64,000 bases of DNA from Chloroflexota bacterium (lineage in GTDB: Bacteria; Chloroflexota; Limnocylindria; Limnocylindrales; CSP1-4). Each line of letters starts with the position of its first letter. The first letter of the stretch is position 1. The position numbers and the translations under genes were made by a program. The notes below the pieces were generated by a model, which saw nothing but the letters and a program-made list of their open reading frames with translations, had not been told where the DNA came from and made no database searches. Positions 22,963 to 32,326 of the stretch are shown piece by piece. The stretch is from positions 237,488-301,487 of the forward strand of contig CANJLL010000002.1 of assembly GCA_947475545.1 (NCBI GenBank), given 5' to 3'.

Positions 22963-24180
22963 GTGATTCCCCTGGCACCCGTTCCCGGCGAGCCCGGCCT
23001 GCGCTGGCGCTCGCGTGCCCACGACCTCACGGCCATCGAGCGCGAGCTGGCAAAGATCTGGAGCGGCACCCGGCTGACCAGTACGGTGGACGGGGTCGAA
23101 GAGCGCCGCGTGGGCGCCCGGACCTCGGTCATGAACCTGGTGGTGGTCGCCCCCCGGCCCGAGGCCGCCGACCGGTGCGCTGCCGTGGTTGGTCGACTCA
23201 CGGGTCGCCATCCTTCACGGACCCTGATCATCGCCCCCGGCGACCCGGACGGTCCCTCGCGGATTGACGCGGACATCCTGGCCTACTGCGTGCTTCCCCG
23301 CGAAGGGGCGCCCGAGACCTGCTCGGAGCGGATCGACATCCACGCGGGCGGTGAATCGGGGCGGCACCTGGCGGCCATCGCGGCCCCCCTCCTCATCCAC
23401 GACCTCCCCGTCACCACCTGGTGGCCCGGAGACCTGCCGCTGGGCAGCCCGATGGTGCGCGAGCTCCTCGACCTGTCCGATCGCATCGTGGTGGACGGCT
23501 CGTCGTGGTCAGGCTCCGGTCTGGACCGCCTCCGCGACCTGGCCCCGCTCGTCGACAACCCCAACCTCGCCGTCAACGACTTCGCCCAGATGCGGCAATC
23601 CCGCTGGCGCGAGGCGATTGCCTCCACGTTCGACCAGCCGAACCTCCAGCCATTCGTTCGGTCGATCCGACGGATCACCGTCACCTACGCCACCGGGGAC
23701 GACGGGGGCCGTCCCGGGGCCGCCAACCTGGTGCGACCCCTCTACCACCTCGCCTGGCTGACCTCCCGGCTGGGGCTGACGATCGAACATCCGCTCGCGC
23801 CCGACCCCGACGGCAACCGGGATGACGGCCTGACCACCACGCTCCGTCGCGGGCGCGTCCGCGTCACCGGATCGCTCCGGCCGGAGATCGTCGACGTGCG
23901 CCGCGGCACCACGCTGCGCGTGGAACTGGAGGCGACGCGCGGCCGCCATCGTCTCTGGGTGGTGGTGACGGGCGCGCCGGACACCATCATGGTTGAGGCG
24001 TGGATGGACGGTCATCTCCTCCGGCACCGGCCCTTCCTGGCCCCGCGCCGGACCGAGGTGGACATGCTCGCGGAAGTGATCGAATCGGTCGGACAGAGCC
24101 GCCTCTCTGCCGGGGGGATCCGGACGGCGGTCGCCCTGCTCGGCAAGTCGGCGCCAAACCCTGCGGAGGAACAAGGATGA
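22963..24180 (+). CDS. opcA: G6PDH assembly protein OpcA
   Basis: Follows zwf; RTSVMNLVV, RHPSR, PLLIHDLPVTTWWPG, RWRE. Confidence 0.85.
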   Translation: MIPLAPVPGEPGLRWRSRAHDLTAIERELAKIWSGTRLTSTVDGVEERRVGARTSVMNLVVVAPRPEAADRCAAVVGRLTGRHPSRTLIIAPGDPDGPSRIDADILAYCVLPREGAPETCSERIDIHAGGESGRHLAAIAAPLLIHDLPVTTWWPGDLPLGSPMVRELLDLSDRIVVDGSSWSGSGLDRLRDLAPLVDNPNLAVNDFAQMRQSRWREAIASTFDQPNLQPFVRSIRRITVTYATGDDGGRPGAANLVRPLYHLAWLTSRLGLTIEHPLAPDPDGNRDDGLTTTLRRGRVRVTGSLRPEIVDVRRGTTLRVELEATRGRHRLWVVVTGAPDTIMVEAWMDGHLLRHRPFLAPRRTEVDMLAEVIESVGQSRLSAGGIRTAVALLGKSAPNPAEEQG

Positions 24181-25004
24181 GTGACACCAACGGCTGGCTT
24201 GAACGTGCGTCCCGGGGCGAGCCCGAGATCATCGTCCTGCCCAACAACGAGGCCTGCGCGGCCGCGGCGGCGGAGCGGATTGCCGGGATCCTGGCGGTCG
24301 CGGTGAACGAGCGCGGGCGAGCGGACTGGGCCACCACGGGCGGCTCGACGCCGGCCGGCATCTACAAGCACCTGTCCAAGGCACCGCTCCGGGACACCGT
24401 TCCCTGGGGGCGGGTCAACATCTGGCTGGGCGACGAGCGGTTTGTGCCGCGCGGCGACGACTGGTGCAACGCACGGATCGGCGACCGCGAACTGGTGGGA
24501 GCGGCCCCGGGGACGGCGCTGGAGCAGACCACGATCCACGCCTGGCCGGTGGACGAGGCGATGTCCCTGGGCGAGGGCGGAGCCTGGTGCGCGGCCCGCT
24601 ACGTCGAGATGATGCGCGAGTCGGGCGTGCCGTTCGAGGATGGACAGCCGGTCCTCGACATCGTGCTGGTCGGGATCGGCCCGGACGGGCACCTCCTCTC
24701 CGTCTTCCCCGGATCGGCGGCGTTCGACACGGACGCTCCGGGCGTGGATATCCCCGCGCCGGACCACATCGCGCCCAAGGTGGAGCGCGTGACGCTGAAC
24801 CCGCGCAGCCTGCAGGTCGCCCGGAACGTCATGGCCGTCTCGCATGGCGCGAGCAAGGCGGCAATCCTCGGGGAGATCTTCGGCCCGGACCGCGACCCGC
24901 GCCGGCTCCCCGCGCAGCTCGCCCGGCGTACGGGCGCGACCTGGATCGTGGACGAGGCGGCCGGCGGCCACCTGGCCCAGGCGCGCACGCCCGCGCCGAC
25001 CTGA
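24177..25004 (+). CDS. pgl: 6-phosphogluconolactonase
   Basis: TGGSTP, GDERFVP, GIGPDGH..S.FP, ERVTL. Confidence 0.9.
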   Translation: MSDTNGWLERASRGEPEIIVLPNNEACAAAAAERIAGILAVAVNERGRADWATTGGSTPAGIYKHLSKAPLRDTVPWGRVNIWLGDERFVPRGDDWCNARIGDRELVGAAPGTALEQTTIHAWPVDEAMSLGEGGAWCAARYVEMMRESGVPFEDGQPVLDIVLVGIGPDGHLLSVFPGSAAFDTDAPGVDIPAPDHIAPKVERVTLNPRSLQVARNVMAVSHGASKAAILGEIFGPDRDPRRLPAQLARRTGATWIVDEAAGGHLAQARTPAPT

Positions 25005-25016
25005 CCGGCGGAGGGG

Positions 25017-25265
25017 ATCGGCTGGATCGTCATCGGGCTCCTCGCCGGGGCGCTCTCCGGGATGGTGGTGCCCAACACCTCGGCACGCGGCTGTCTGCCA
25101 AACATCCTGGTGGGGATCCTCGGCGCGATCGTGGGTGGCGTCCTCGCCGGTGAGCTGCACCTGGGCGACCCTGGCGGCTTCTTCGGCGCGCTGCTGGTGG
25201 CGCTCGTGGGCGCCGTGCTCGTCCGCCTGCTGATTGGGCTGACGAACGGGCGGCATCCCCGCTAG
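25017..25265 (+). CDS. GlsB/YeaQ/YmgE stress-response membrane protein (start codon unclear)
   Basis: IGWIVIGLLAGALSG...NILVGILGAIVGG...ALVGAVL family pattern begins upstream of the first ATG (25062). Confidence 0.7.
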   Translation: MGWIVIGLLAGALSGMVVPNTSARGCLPNILVGILGAIVGGVLAGELHLGDPGGFFGALLVALVGAVLVRLLIGLTNGRHPR

Positions 25266-25329
25266 GGTTCGGGCGCACCTCAACAATGGGTTCTGGCGCA
25301 CCCGACAACCGACATCTCTGGAGGACCCC

Positions 25330-26322
25330 GTGGGCACGTTCTACGACGACTGGCTCGCGACCGGCGACCAGCTGGACCAGGAGCTGCGGCGGACGATGTT
25401 CGTCGCCCGCGATCGCGACATTCCCTGGGTCAAGACCCGCCAGGACGCCAAGTGCAAGCTGATGATCTCCAACGAGATCGGCTACACCACCATGGGCAGC
25501 AACGTCCTGAAGGGCGAGATCCCGGTGGGCTGGCACACGGGCAGGCACGCGCACGGCGAGGAATCCATCTACTTCCTGTCGGGCGAGGGCTTCACCGTCG
25601 TGGAGGGCCAGCGCTTCAACTGGCACGCCGGCACCGTGGTCCAGATCCCCTATCGCGCGGCGCACCAGCACTTCAACACGGGTACCGAGCCGGCCCAGTA
25701 CCTGTCGGCCATGATCTTTGACCTGGAGAAGTTCGTCCGCCTGGCGGCCATCGTCCAGTACGAGGATTGCGGCCCCAACGACGCGGCGGCGCTGGCCGCG
25801 ATCCCGGCCGAGGAGTCGGAGTACTACCCCAACGGGGACCGGGCCAAGATCCACATCGAGGACGCGCCCACCGACCCCAGCCTCAACTACCAGGGCAAGA
25901 TCGCCGCGGTCACCAACCAGCACGACACGTGCTGGTACCTGGCGGTCCCGGGGAACGGGTTCCGCAACGCGTCGGTCCTGGTCACCCAGGTCTGGGAGGA
26001 ACGGCCCTACCACCACTCCGGCCGACACAAGCACCTGGAGGCCGTGGTCTACGCCCTGGAGGGCGAGGGCTACTCGGAGATGCTGGGCGAGAAGCACTAC
26101 TGGGAGGCGGGCGACGTCCTGTACGTGCCGCCCTCCATGTGGGAGCACGAGCACTACAACGACAACCCCAAGCCGGTCCGGCAGATCCGGATCCAGTTCG
26201 GGATCCGGTTCTGGTTCACGGGGATCTGGCCGCAGGGCTACACGTCGCAGCGGATCTACGACGAGCAGGGTCGGCCGATCGAATCCGGGGCCATCGAGCG
26301 GCACCGCGAGCGCGAGGGGTAG
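25330..26322 (+). CDS. Bicupin (two cupin domains), copy 1
   Basis: Two HxH...E..Y...GEG / P....H.H.N cupin motifs (GRHAHGEE, GRHKHLEA); GGAGG SD and GTG start. Confidence 0.85.
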   Translation: MGTFYDDWLATGDQLDQELRRTMFVARDRDIPWVKTRQDAKCKLMISNEIGYTTMGSNVLKGEIPVGWHTGRHAHGEESIYFLSGEGFTVVEGQRFNWHAGTVVQIPYRAAHQHFNTGTEPAQYLSAMIFDLEKFVRLAAIVQYEDCGPNDAAALAAIPAEESEYYPNGDRAKIHIEDAPTDPSLNYQGKIAAVTNQHDTCWYLAVPGNGFRNASVLVTQVWEERPYHHSGRHKHLEAVVYALEGEGYSEMLGEKHYWEAGDVLYVPPSMWEHEHYNDNPKPVRQIRIQFGIRFWFTGIWPQGYTSQRIYDEQGRPIESGAIERHREREG

Positions 26323-26367
26323 TCGGGCGGGCGGCGGTTCGGCGGGGGGCCGCGACGCGGGAGCTTG

Positions 26368-28662
26368 CTAGGCCGAGCCCGCTGGCCCGCCCTGACCCCG
26401 ACGCGCAACCGCGGCCGCTTGTCGCGCGCGAAACACTCGCTCCGGGGTGATGGGGATCGCATGCAGGCGTGCGCCGATGGCCTGGGCCACCGCGTTTGTC
26501 AGGGCGGGCACCGCGGCCGGTAGCGGTGTTTCCCCCACGCCGTGGATCTCTCGCGTGTGGTCCTCCTGCAGGTCCACGATCAGCCGAACCGGCATGTCCA
26601 GGGTCGACGGGATGAGGTAGTCGGCAAGGCTCGGGTTCTGGACCTGCCCCTCCTCGAACAGGATCTCCTCCATCAGCGCCTGGCCGATCCCGAACGCGAT
26701 GCTTCCTTCCGTCTGCAGCTCCGCAAGGGTCGGGTTGATGACGACGCCCGCGTGGGTCGCAGCGCGCACCTCGAGCACCCGGACGGCACCGGTCTCGAGG
26801 TCCACCTCGACCGGCACCGAGACTGCGGCCTGGTGATGGTGTGTGGAGACACCCGTCTCGCCGGATACGGGGTCAGCCATCGGCTCGTTCGTAAACGCCG
26901 TAGAGGCCGCAAGCCGCTCGTGCCCCGACTCCTGGACCAGGTCGCCGATGTCCAGGCCAGCTGAAGACCCGTCCACGGGTCGGACGCGGCCCTCCTCGAT
27001 CGCCAGGTCGTCACGCGAGATCTCCAGGCGCACTGCCGCAAGGTCGAGGAGCTTTGACCGGAGGAGGGTCGCCGCCCGCACGATCGCGGTGCCCATCGAG
27101 AAGGTCGACCGGCTGGAGACCGTCCCCGCGTCGGGCGGTGTCCGATCGGTGTCGGGCATGCTCATGTCCACCCGATCGAGAGGGACAGTCATCGCGTCAG
27201 CGGCGATCTGGCCGAGCGCCGTCCGTGCGCCCTGACCCATCTCCACCGTGGACATCAGGACGGTGACCCTGCCCGAAGCATCGACGGCGACCACGGCTTC
27301 GGCCTCCGAAGGCGTCTGGGTGGTCTTGAACGTGACGCCATACCCGATGCCCTGCCGCCGATTGGGTCGCATATCCGGCTGCGCAGGTGGCTCCTGCCGG
27401 ACGGCGGCCAGCAAATCAGGTAGGTGCACCGGACCCATCGGGCCACCCAACACGAATCGGTCACCTGCGCCGAGGAGGTTCCGGCAGCGGAGCTCGTACG
27501 GATCGATGCCGAGTCGATCCGCAACGGCGTCCAGGTGTGCCTCGCGCGCCCACGTCACCTGCGCCGTGCCGGGGGCCCGGAGCGGCCCGCATGGCGGCGT
27601 GTTCGCATAGACGCCCCGAGCCAGCAGGTCGAGCGTCTCGACTCGGTAGGGCCCGACCAGGTTGTACAGGCCATGGCGAAGGATCCGCGTCGTGTTGTCC
27701 AGGTAGGCGCCGGCCAGGAACGTGCACTCGGCACGAAGCGCCAGGATCCGGCCGTCGCGTCGCGCGCCGGTGGTCATCGTGATCACGGCCGGCTGCCGCT
27801 GGATCGTGACGAACTCCTCGGACCGCGACAGGACGAACTTCACCGGGCGATGCGCGTGGAACCCAAGGAGCACGGCCAGTGGCTCAATGCGAGCGTATGC
27901 CTTGGCCCCGAACCCGCCGCCGAGCATGAGGGTGACGACCCGGACCCGTTCAACCGGGAGGTCGAACAGGTAGGCGAGCTCACGCCGGACATGGAATGGC
28001 GTCTGGGTGGACGAATGAACGGTGATCCCATCAGGAGTCCACTCCGCCAGGACGGCATGGGTTTCGCGCGGAACGCCCTGCACGGCCGGGATATGGAATG
28101 TCTCCGCCACGACCACATCCGCGCTGGCGAGGGCTTGCTCGACGTCGCCCACGGACAGGGTCTGGGGCCCGATCAGGTTGCCATCCGGGTGGATCAAGGC
28201 ACCGTCAGTCGCCAGCGCCTGTTCGACGGAGAGTGCGGCGCCCAGCGGCTCCAGCTCAACCGTGATCCTGCGCAGGGCTGCATGGGCCGTATCGAGGTCG
28301 ACGGCAGCGACGGCGGCGATCGGCTCCCCGACATATCGGACCCTGTCGGTCGCGAGGACCGGAGCATCTCGAACCTGGGTGCCGTGCCGCCTCGACGCAA
28401 GAGGTTCCCGGGAGACATCGCGCCCCGTGATGACAGCGACGACGCCCGGCAGAGCAAGCGCTCCCGCCGGATCGACCCGCAGGATCCGGGCATGCGGCAT
28501 GGTGCTGCGCAGGATCGCGCCGTAGAGCATGTCCGGCCGGCGCTCGTTGCTGACGTACGGGACGCGACCAGTCACCCGGTCCCGAGCGTCGGTGACCAGC
28601 GCCCTCGACCCGACGGAGCCGGCTGGTTGTGGCGTGGGCCGGCCCGCATCAGCGACGGTCAT
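26368..28662 (-). CDS. Xanthine dehydrogenase/aldehyde oxidase family molybdopterin-binding subunit
   Basis: RSTMPHARI, VRYVGEPIAAV, QTPF, GGGFGAK, EMGQGA, SSRST, DYLIP, GVGE. Confidence 0.9.
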   Translation of the reverse strand: MTVADAGRPTPQPAGSVGSRALVTDARDRVTGRVPYVSNERRPDMLYGAILRSTMPHARILRVDPAGALALPGVVAVITGRDVSREPLASRRHGTQVRDAPVLATDRVRYVGEPIAAVAAVDLDTAHAALRRITVELEPLGAALSVEQALATDGALIHPDGNLIGPQTLSVGDVEQALASADVVVAETFHIPAVQGVPRETHAVLAEWTPDGITVHSSTQTPFHVRRELAYLFDLPVERVRVVTLMLGGGFGAKAYARIEPLAVLLGFHAHRPVKFVLSRSEEFVTIQRQPAVITMTTGARRDGRILALRAECTFLAGAYLDNTTRILRHGLYNLVGPYRVETLDLLARGVYANTPPCGPLRAPGTAQVTWAREAHLDAVADRLGIDPYELRCRNLLGAGDRFVLGGPMGPVHLPDLLAAVRQEPPAQPDMRPNRRQGIGYGVTFKTTQTPSEAEAVVAVDASGRVTVLMSTVEMGQGARTALGQIAADAMTVPLDRVDMSMPDTDRTPPDAGTVSSRSTFSMGTAIVRAATLLRSKLLDLAAVRLEISRDDLAIEEGRVRPVDGSSAGLDIGDLVQESGHERLAASTAFTNEPMADPVSGETGVSTHHHQAAVSVPVEVDLETGAVRVLEVRAATHAGVVINPTLAELQTEGSIAFGIGQALMEEILFEEGQVQNPSLADYLIPSTLDMPVRLIVDLQEDHTREIHGVGETPLPAAVPALTNAVAQAIGARLHAIPITPERVFRARQAAAVARRGQGGPAGSA

Positions 28663-28773
28663 GGTCAATTGGGCCGATCGGTTGGAGCCCCATGGGCTTG
28701 GTCATCGCCCGCGTTCCGCGGACCGCGTGTCGGCCGCAGGTGCGTTCATCAGGGTCATGGAAGACCCGGCACC

Positions 28774-29772
28774 TCAGTGGTAGGCGGGCAGCTCACCCAG
28801 GGTTGACGCCTCGAACAGCGCCTCGGTCGGCATTCGCTCGCTGACCATCCCCTGCTCGTGCGAGAACCTGATCATCGTTTCCAGCATCTTGACGTTGGCG
28901 CCGTAGCTGTATGCCCAGGGATCGCCCCCGAGGACCTGCTGCTGCTCCTCGATCAGCTCACGAACCCAGGCCAGGCTGATGCTCCGAGGATCCTGCATCT
29001 TTCGGAAGGCCAGGTCCTTCGACTCGCAGAACGCGAGCTGGATGTTCCGCGCCACCCACGGGTCCCGGTCCAGCACCGCCTGCCGGATCACCACCGTGTG
29101 CATGATCGGGAAGAAGCCGGTCCTCTTGAAGTAGGCCATCTCCTGCTGCTTGTAGTCCGGGAAGAGCCGCTGGATTCGCGGGTCGCCCGCCGCGAAGGCG
29201 GCAGGGATCTCCGGATAGATCAGCGCGTCGAGCTCACCGTCGAGCAGCATCCGGGTGATGCTCGACCCCGCCGGGACGCGGTGGATGTCGAAGCCCACGG
29301 GCTCCAGCTCGGGAATTGCCTCGTCATCCGACGTGAGCCAGATGACCTTCTTGAGATCAACGCCGTACTCGTCCTGCAGGATCCCCCGCCCCCACAGGCC
29401 GGCGGTCGCCTGCCAGGTCCTGAGGCCGACCCTGCGGCCCTCGAGGTCCTTCGGGGACTTGATCCCGGCGGCCGGGTTCACGAAGACAAAGGAATGCCGG
29501 AAGCGGCGGTGCGGGAAGACCGGGATCGCTGCAACTGGCTCCATGGCCAGCGGCTGGTTCCGGAGCTGACGGTCGCAGGCCACCAGCCATGACGACATTG
29601 AGAACTCGCAGACATCGAACTCCGTGTGCCGGTCCATCCGCCATTGCCTGGGTGGCGTTGGGTAGGCAAGCACCGTCAGGTCGATCCCCTGGGGCTTGAC
29701 GGTGCCATCGAGCAGGCCCCGGTTGATGTCGTACTCGCCGCAGGACAGAGACAGATGAATGGGGGAGGACAT
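28774..29772 (-). CDS. 4,5-dihydroxyphthalate decarboxylase-like / substrate-binding-fold protein
   Basis: YDINRGLLDGTV, FDVCEFSMSS, PVFPHRRFRHS, DLEGRRVG, FPIMHTVVI, DPWAY. Confidence 0.75.
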   Translation of the reverse strand: MSSPIHLSLSCGEYDINRGLLDGTVKPQGIDLTVLAYPTPPRQWRMDRHTEFDVCEFSMSSWLVACDRQLRNQPLAMEPVAAIPVFPHRRFRHSFVFVNPAAGIKSPKDLEGRRVGLRTWQATAGLWGRGILQDEYGVDLKKVIWLTSDDEAIPELEPVGFDIHRVPAGSSITRMLLDGELDALIYPEIPAAFAAGDPRIQRLFPDYKQQEMAYFKRTGFFPIMHTVVIRQAVLDRDPWVARNIQLAFCESKDLAFRKMQDPRSISLAWVRELIEEQQQVLGGDPWAYSYGANVKMLETMIRFSHEQGMVSERMPTEALFEASTLGELPAYH

Positions 29773-30182
29773 GACTGAAGACCCCTTCCATGTGCGACCT
29801 GGACGCTGCCGAGGGCGCGCGACACCTGACCCTCCGTGGCCGGAACGTGCCTTCATGGGCATCTGGACGCTGGGCCGCCTGACTGCACTGTACTGCCTCC
29901 GAGGCCGACAAGCATGGCCGTCAAGGGACTGTTCGAGCTCCCGGTCAAGGAGCAACGTGGGCAGGGATTGTTCGCCCTACTCTTGAACGGCCGGTGGATC
30001 GGCGTACTCTGCTCGAAACGGCCCGACCTCATGGAGGAGCGCCCACCAGCCTGATAGTTCCCGTTGCACCCGGCCTCGACTGTCTCCCCGATTGGCACCC
30101 CGACTCGTGGACCCGCGATCGCGCGCGTTGCTCGCCGCACCGACTGCGTCCCGACATCGCCCGACGGAGACGGAGGAGACGC

Positions 30183-31172
30183 GTGAGCACGTTCTACGAT
30201 GAGTGGCTGGCAACGGGAGATCACGTCCAGGAGGACCTGCGGCGGACGGGCTTCGTCGCCCGCGACCGGGACGTCCCGTGGGTTCGCACCCGCCAGGACG
30301 CCAAGGTCAAGCTGATGGTGGCCAACGAGTTCGGCTTCATGACGATGGGCAGCAACGTCCTGAAGGGCGAGATCCCGGTAGGCTGGCACACCGGCAAGCA
30401 CGCCCACGGTGAAGAGTCGATGCACATCCTCTCCGGCGAGGGGTTCAGCGTCATCGACGGCCTGCGCTTCGACTGGCACACGGGGAACACGATCCAGATC
30501 CCGTAGCGCGCCGAGCACCAGCACTTCAACACCGGCGGCGCGCCCGCTCTCTGCATCTCGGGCATGACCTTCTCGCTCGAGACGTTCGTTCGCCTGGCCA
30601 ACCTCATCCAGCTCGAGGACCGCGGCCCGACTGACCCGGCGGTACTCAAGGCGATCCCGGACTCGGAGTCGGCGTACCACACGAACGGCGACCGGCCGAT
30701 CATCCACATGGAGGACGCCCCCGACGACCTGTCGTTCAGCCCCACGGCCCATCTCGCCTCGTCCCGGAACCAGCACGACGACATCCTGTACCTGGCAGTG
30801 CCACGCAACGGGTTCAAGGACGCCAGCGTCCTGATGACCCACCTGTGGAAGGAGCCGCCGTACCACCAGAGCGGGCGCCACAAGCACCTGGAGGCCGTGG
30901 TCGACGCCGTCGACGGCGAAGGCTACACGGCGATGCTGGGCCAGACGTCCTTCTGGGAGGCGGCTGACGTGCTGGACGTGCCGCCCGCCATGTGGGGGCA
31001 CGAGCACGGCAACGACAGTCCCAGGCCCATCAGGCAGCTTCGGATCCAGTTCGGGATCCGCTTCTGGTACACCGGGATCTGGCCCGCGGGCTACGCGGCG
31101 CAGCGCATCTGCGACGAGCGGGGTCGGCCGATCGAATCCGGGGCCATCGAGCGGCGCCGCGAGCGCGACTGA
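30183..31172 (+). pseudogene. Bicupin copy 2, interrupted by in-frame TAG (30504-30506)
   Basis: Colinear with 25330-26322 codon for codon; TAG aligns with TAT(Tyr) of copy 1; further non-conservative changes in cupin motifs. Confidence 0.8.
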
Positions 31173-31322
31173 CCGCAGGAGCGACTGACCGCGGCCGGGG
31201 GCCGCGACGCGGGAGGTTTCACCCAGCGGACGTACCGCGGGATTTCGGGCTGCGGCGCTTCCCGGGAAGCGGCCGCCGGGGCGTCGTCCGATCGCGGCGC
31301 CTCGTGCAGCGCCGCGCGAGCC

Positions 31323-32171
31323 TCAGGCCTCGCCCAGCTCCGCCATCGACGCCCGACCCAGCACGTCTTCGATGTACTGGCGGACCACCATCCGCTCCGC
31401 CTCGCGGACGCTGTGAATGCCACCGTCGGCCGCCTCCGCCCTGATCCGCGCGCCCAGCCGATCCAGCTGCGCATCGGAGAACTGGTGCTCGGCGGCGCGG
31501 CGACGCGCCACCTCCACCAGCAGGTCCACGTCGGGCGAGCCCAGCGAATAGGCCAGGAAGCGGTCGCGGATCGCGTCGTCCACCAGGTCCGGGCGGTTGG
31601 TGGTGAGAAAGAGCGCGGTTCGGCTGGTGTCCAGCTCATCGACCATATGGAAGAAGACGCTGTCCTGCGAGAAGTGCCACTCCTTCGCGTTGCTGCTGCC
31701 GCGCGCCATGAGGATGGATTCCACGTCGTCGAACAGGATGATCGTCCGCTGCGTTGGGTCGGTGAAGCCCTTCTGCGCGCGCGTGAACACCTCGCGGATG
31801 CGCTCCTCGCTCTCGCCGTAGCGGGAGCGAGCGATGTCGCCGCCGTCGATCAGCGCCAGCACCACCCCGCCATCGGCCGGGGCGTCCGGCGATTCGGGGC
31901 GGAAACGCATGTTCAGCTCGTACGCCACCCGCATCGCCAGGCTGGTCTTCCCGATCCCGGGCGGCCCGGACAGGAAGAAGCCCTTGATCGCGCCACGCCG
32001 GATGCCGCTCCTCCACTGGTGGGTGATGATCTCCGTGGTCTCCGTCAGGAGCGCCCGGTAGAGCGGACCGACCAGGTCCTTCGACGTCTGGGAGATGGCC
32101 CCCTCGCGGCCGACGACGGTGCCGAACCGGTCCTGAAGCTGGGGCAGGGCGAGAAGCTGGTTGAATTGCAT
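31323..32171 (-). CDS. Stand-alone AAA+ ATPase
   Basis: Walker A GPPGIGKT, SRYGESEERIREVF, Walker B IILFDDVE, TTNRPDLVDDAIRDRF; -10 TAGCCT 8 nt before ATG. Confidence 0.85.
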   Translation of the reverse strand: MQFNQLLALPQLQDRFGTVVGREGAISQTSKDLVGPLYRALLTETTEIITHQWRSGIRRGAIKGFFLSGPPGIGKTSLAMRVAYELNMRFRPESPDAPADGGVVLALIDGGDIARSRYGESEERIREVFTRAQKGFTDPTQRTIILFDDVESILMARGSSNAKEWHFSQDSVFFHMVDELDTSRTALFLTTNRPDLVDDAIRDRFLAYSLGSPDVDLLVEVARRRAAEHQFSDAQLDRLGARIRAEAADGGIHSVREAERMVVRQYIEDVLGRASMAELGEA

Positions 32172-32326
32172 CGCAGGCGAGGCTACCACGGCCACACCCC
32201 GGCCGGCCCGACGCGCGGGCAGCGTCTGCCTTGCGGCGCCCGCACCACCGTAGGCCGTTGTGTACAAACGGACCGGGCCGTCCGCCCCTTCCCGCGCCGC
32301 CTAGGTGCGGAGGTACCATCCCTGAC

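Noticed and set aside
25002-25004. pgl UGA as selenocysteine
   Set aside because: Not at a Cys-equivalent catalytic site and no SECIS at the usual spacing.
30504-30506. In-frame TAG as pyrrolysine or stop-codon reassignment
   Set aside because: Aligns with Tyr, no pyl genes in the window, TAG ends many genes here, and the copy has other damaging changes.
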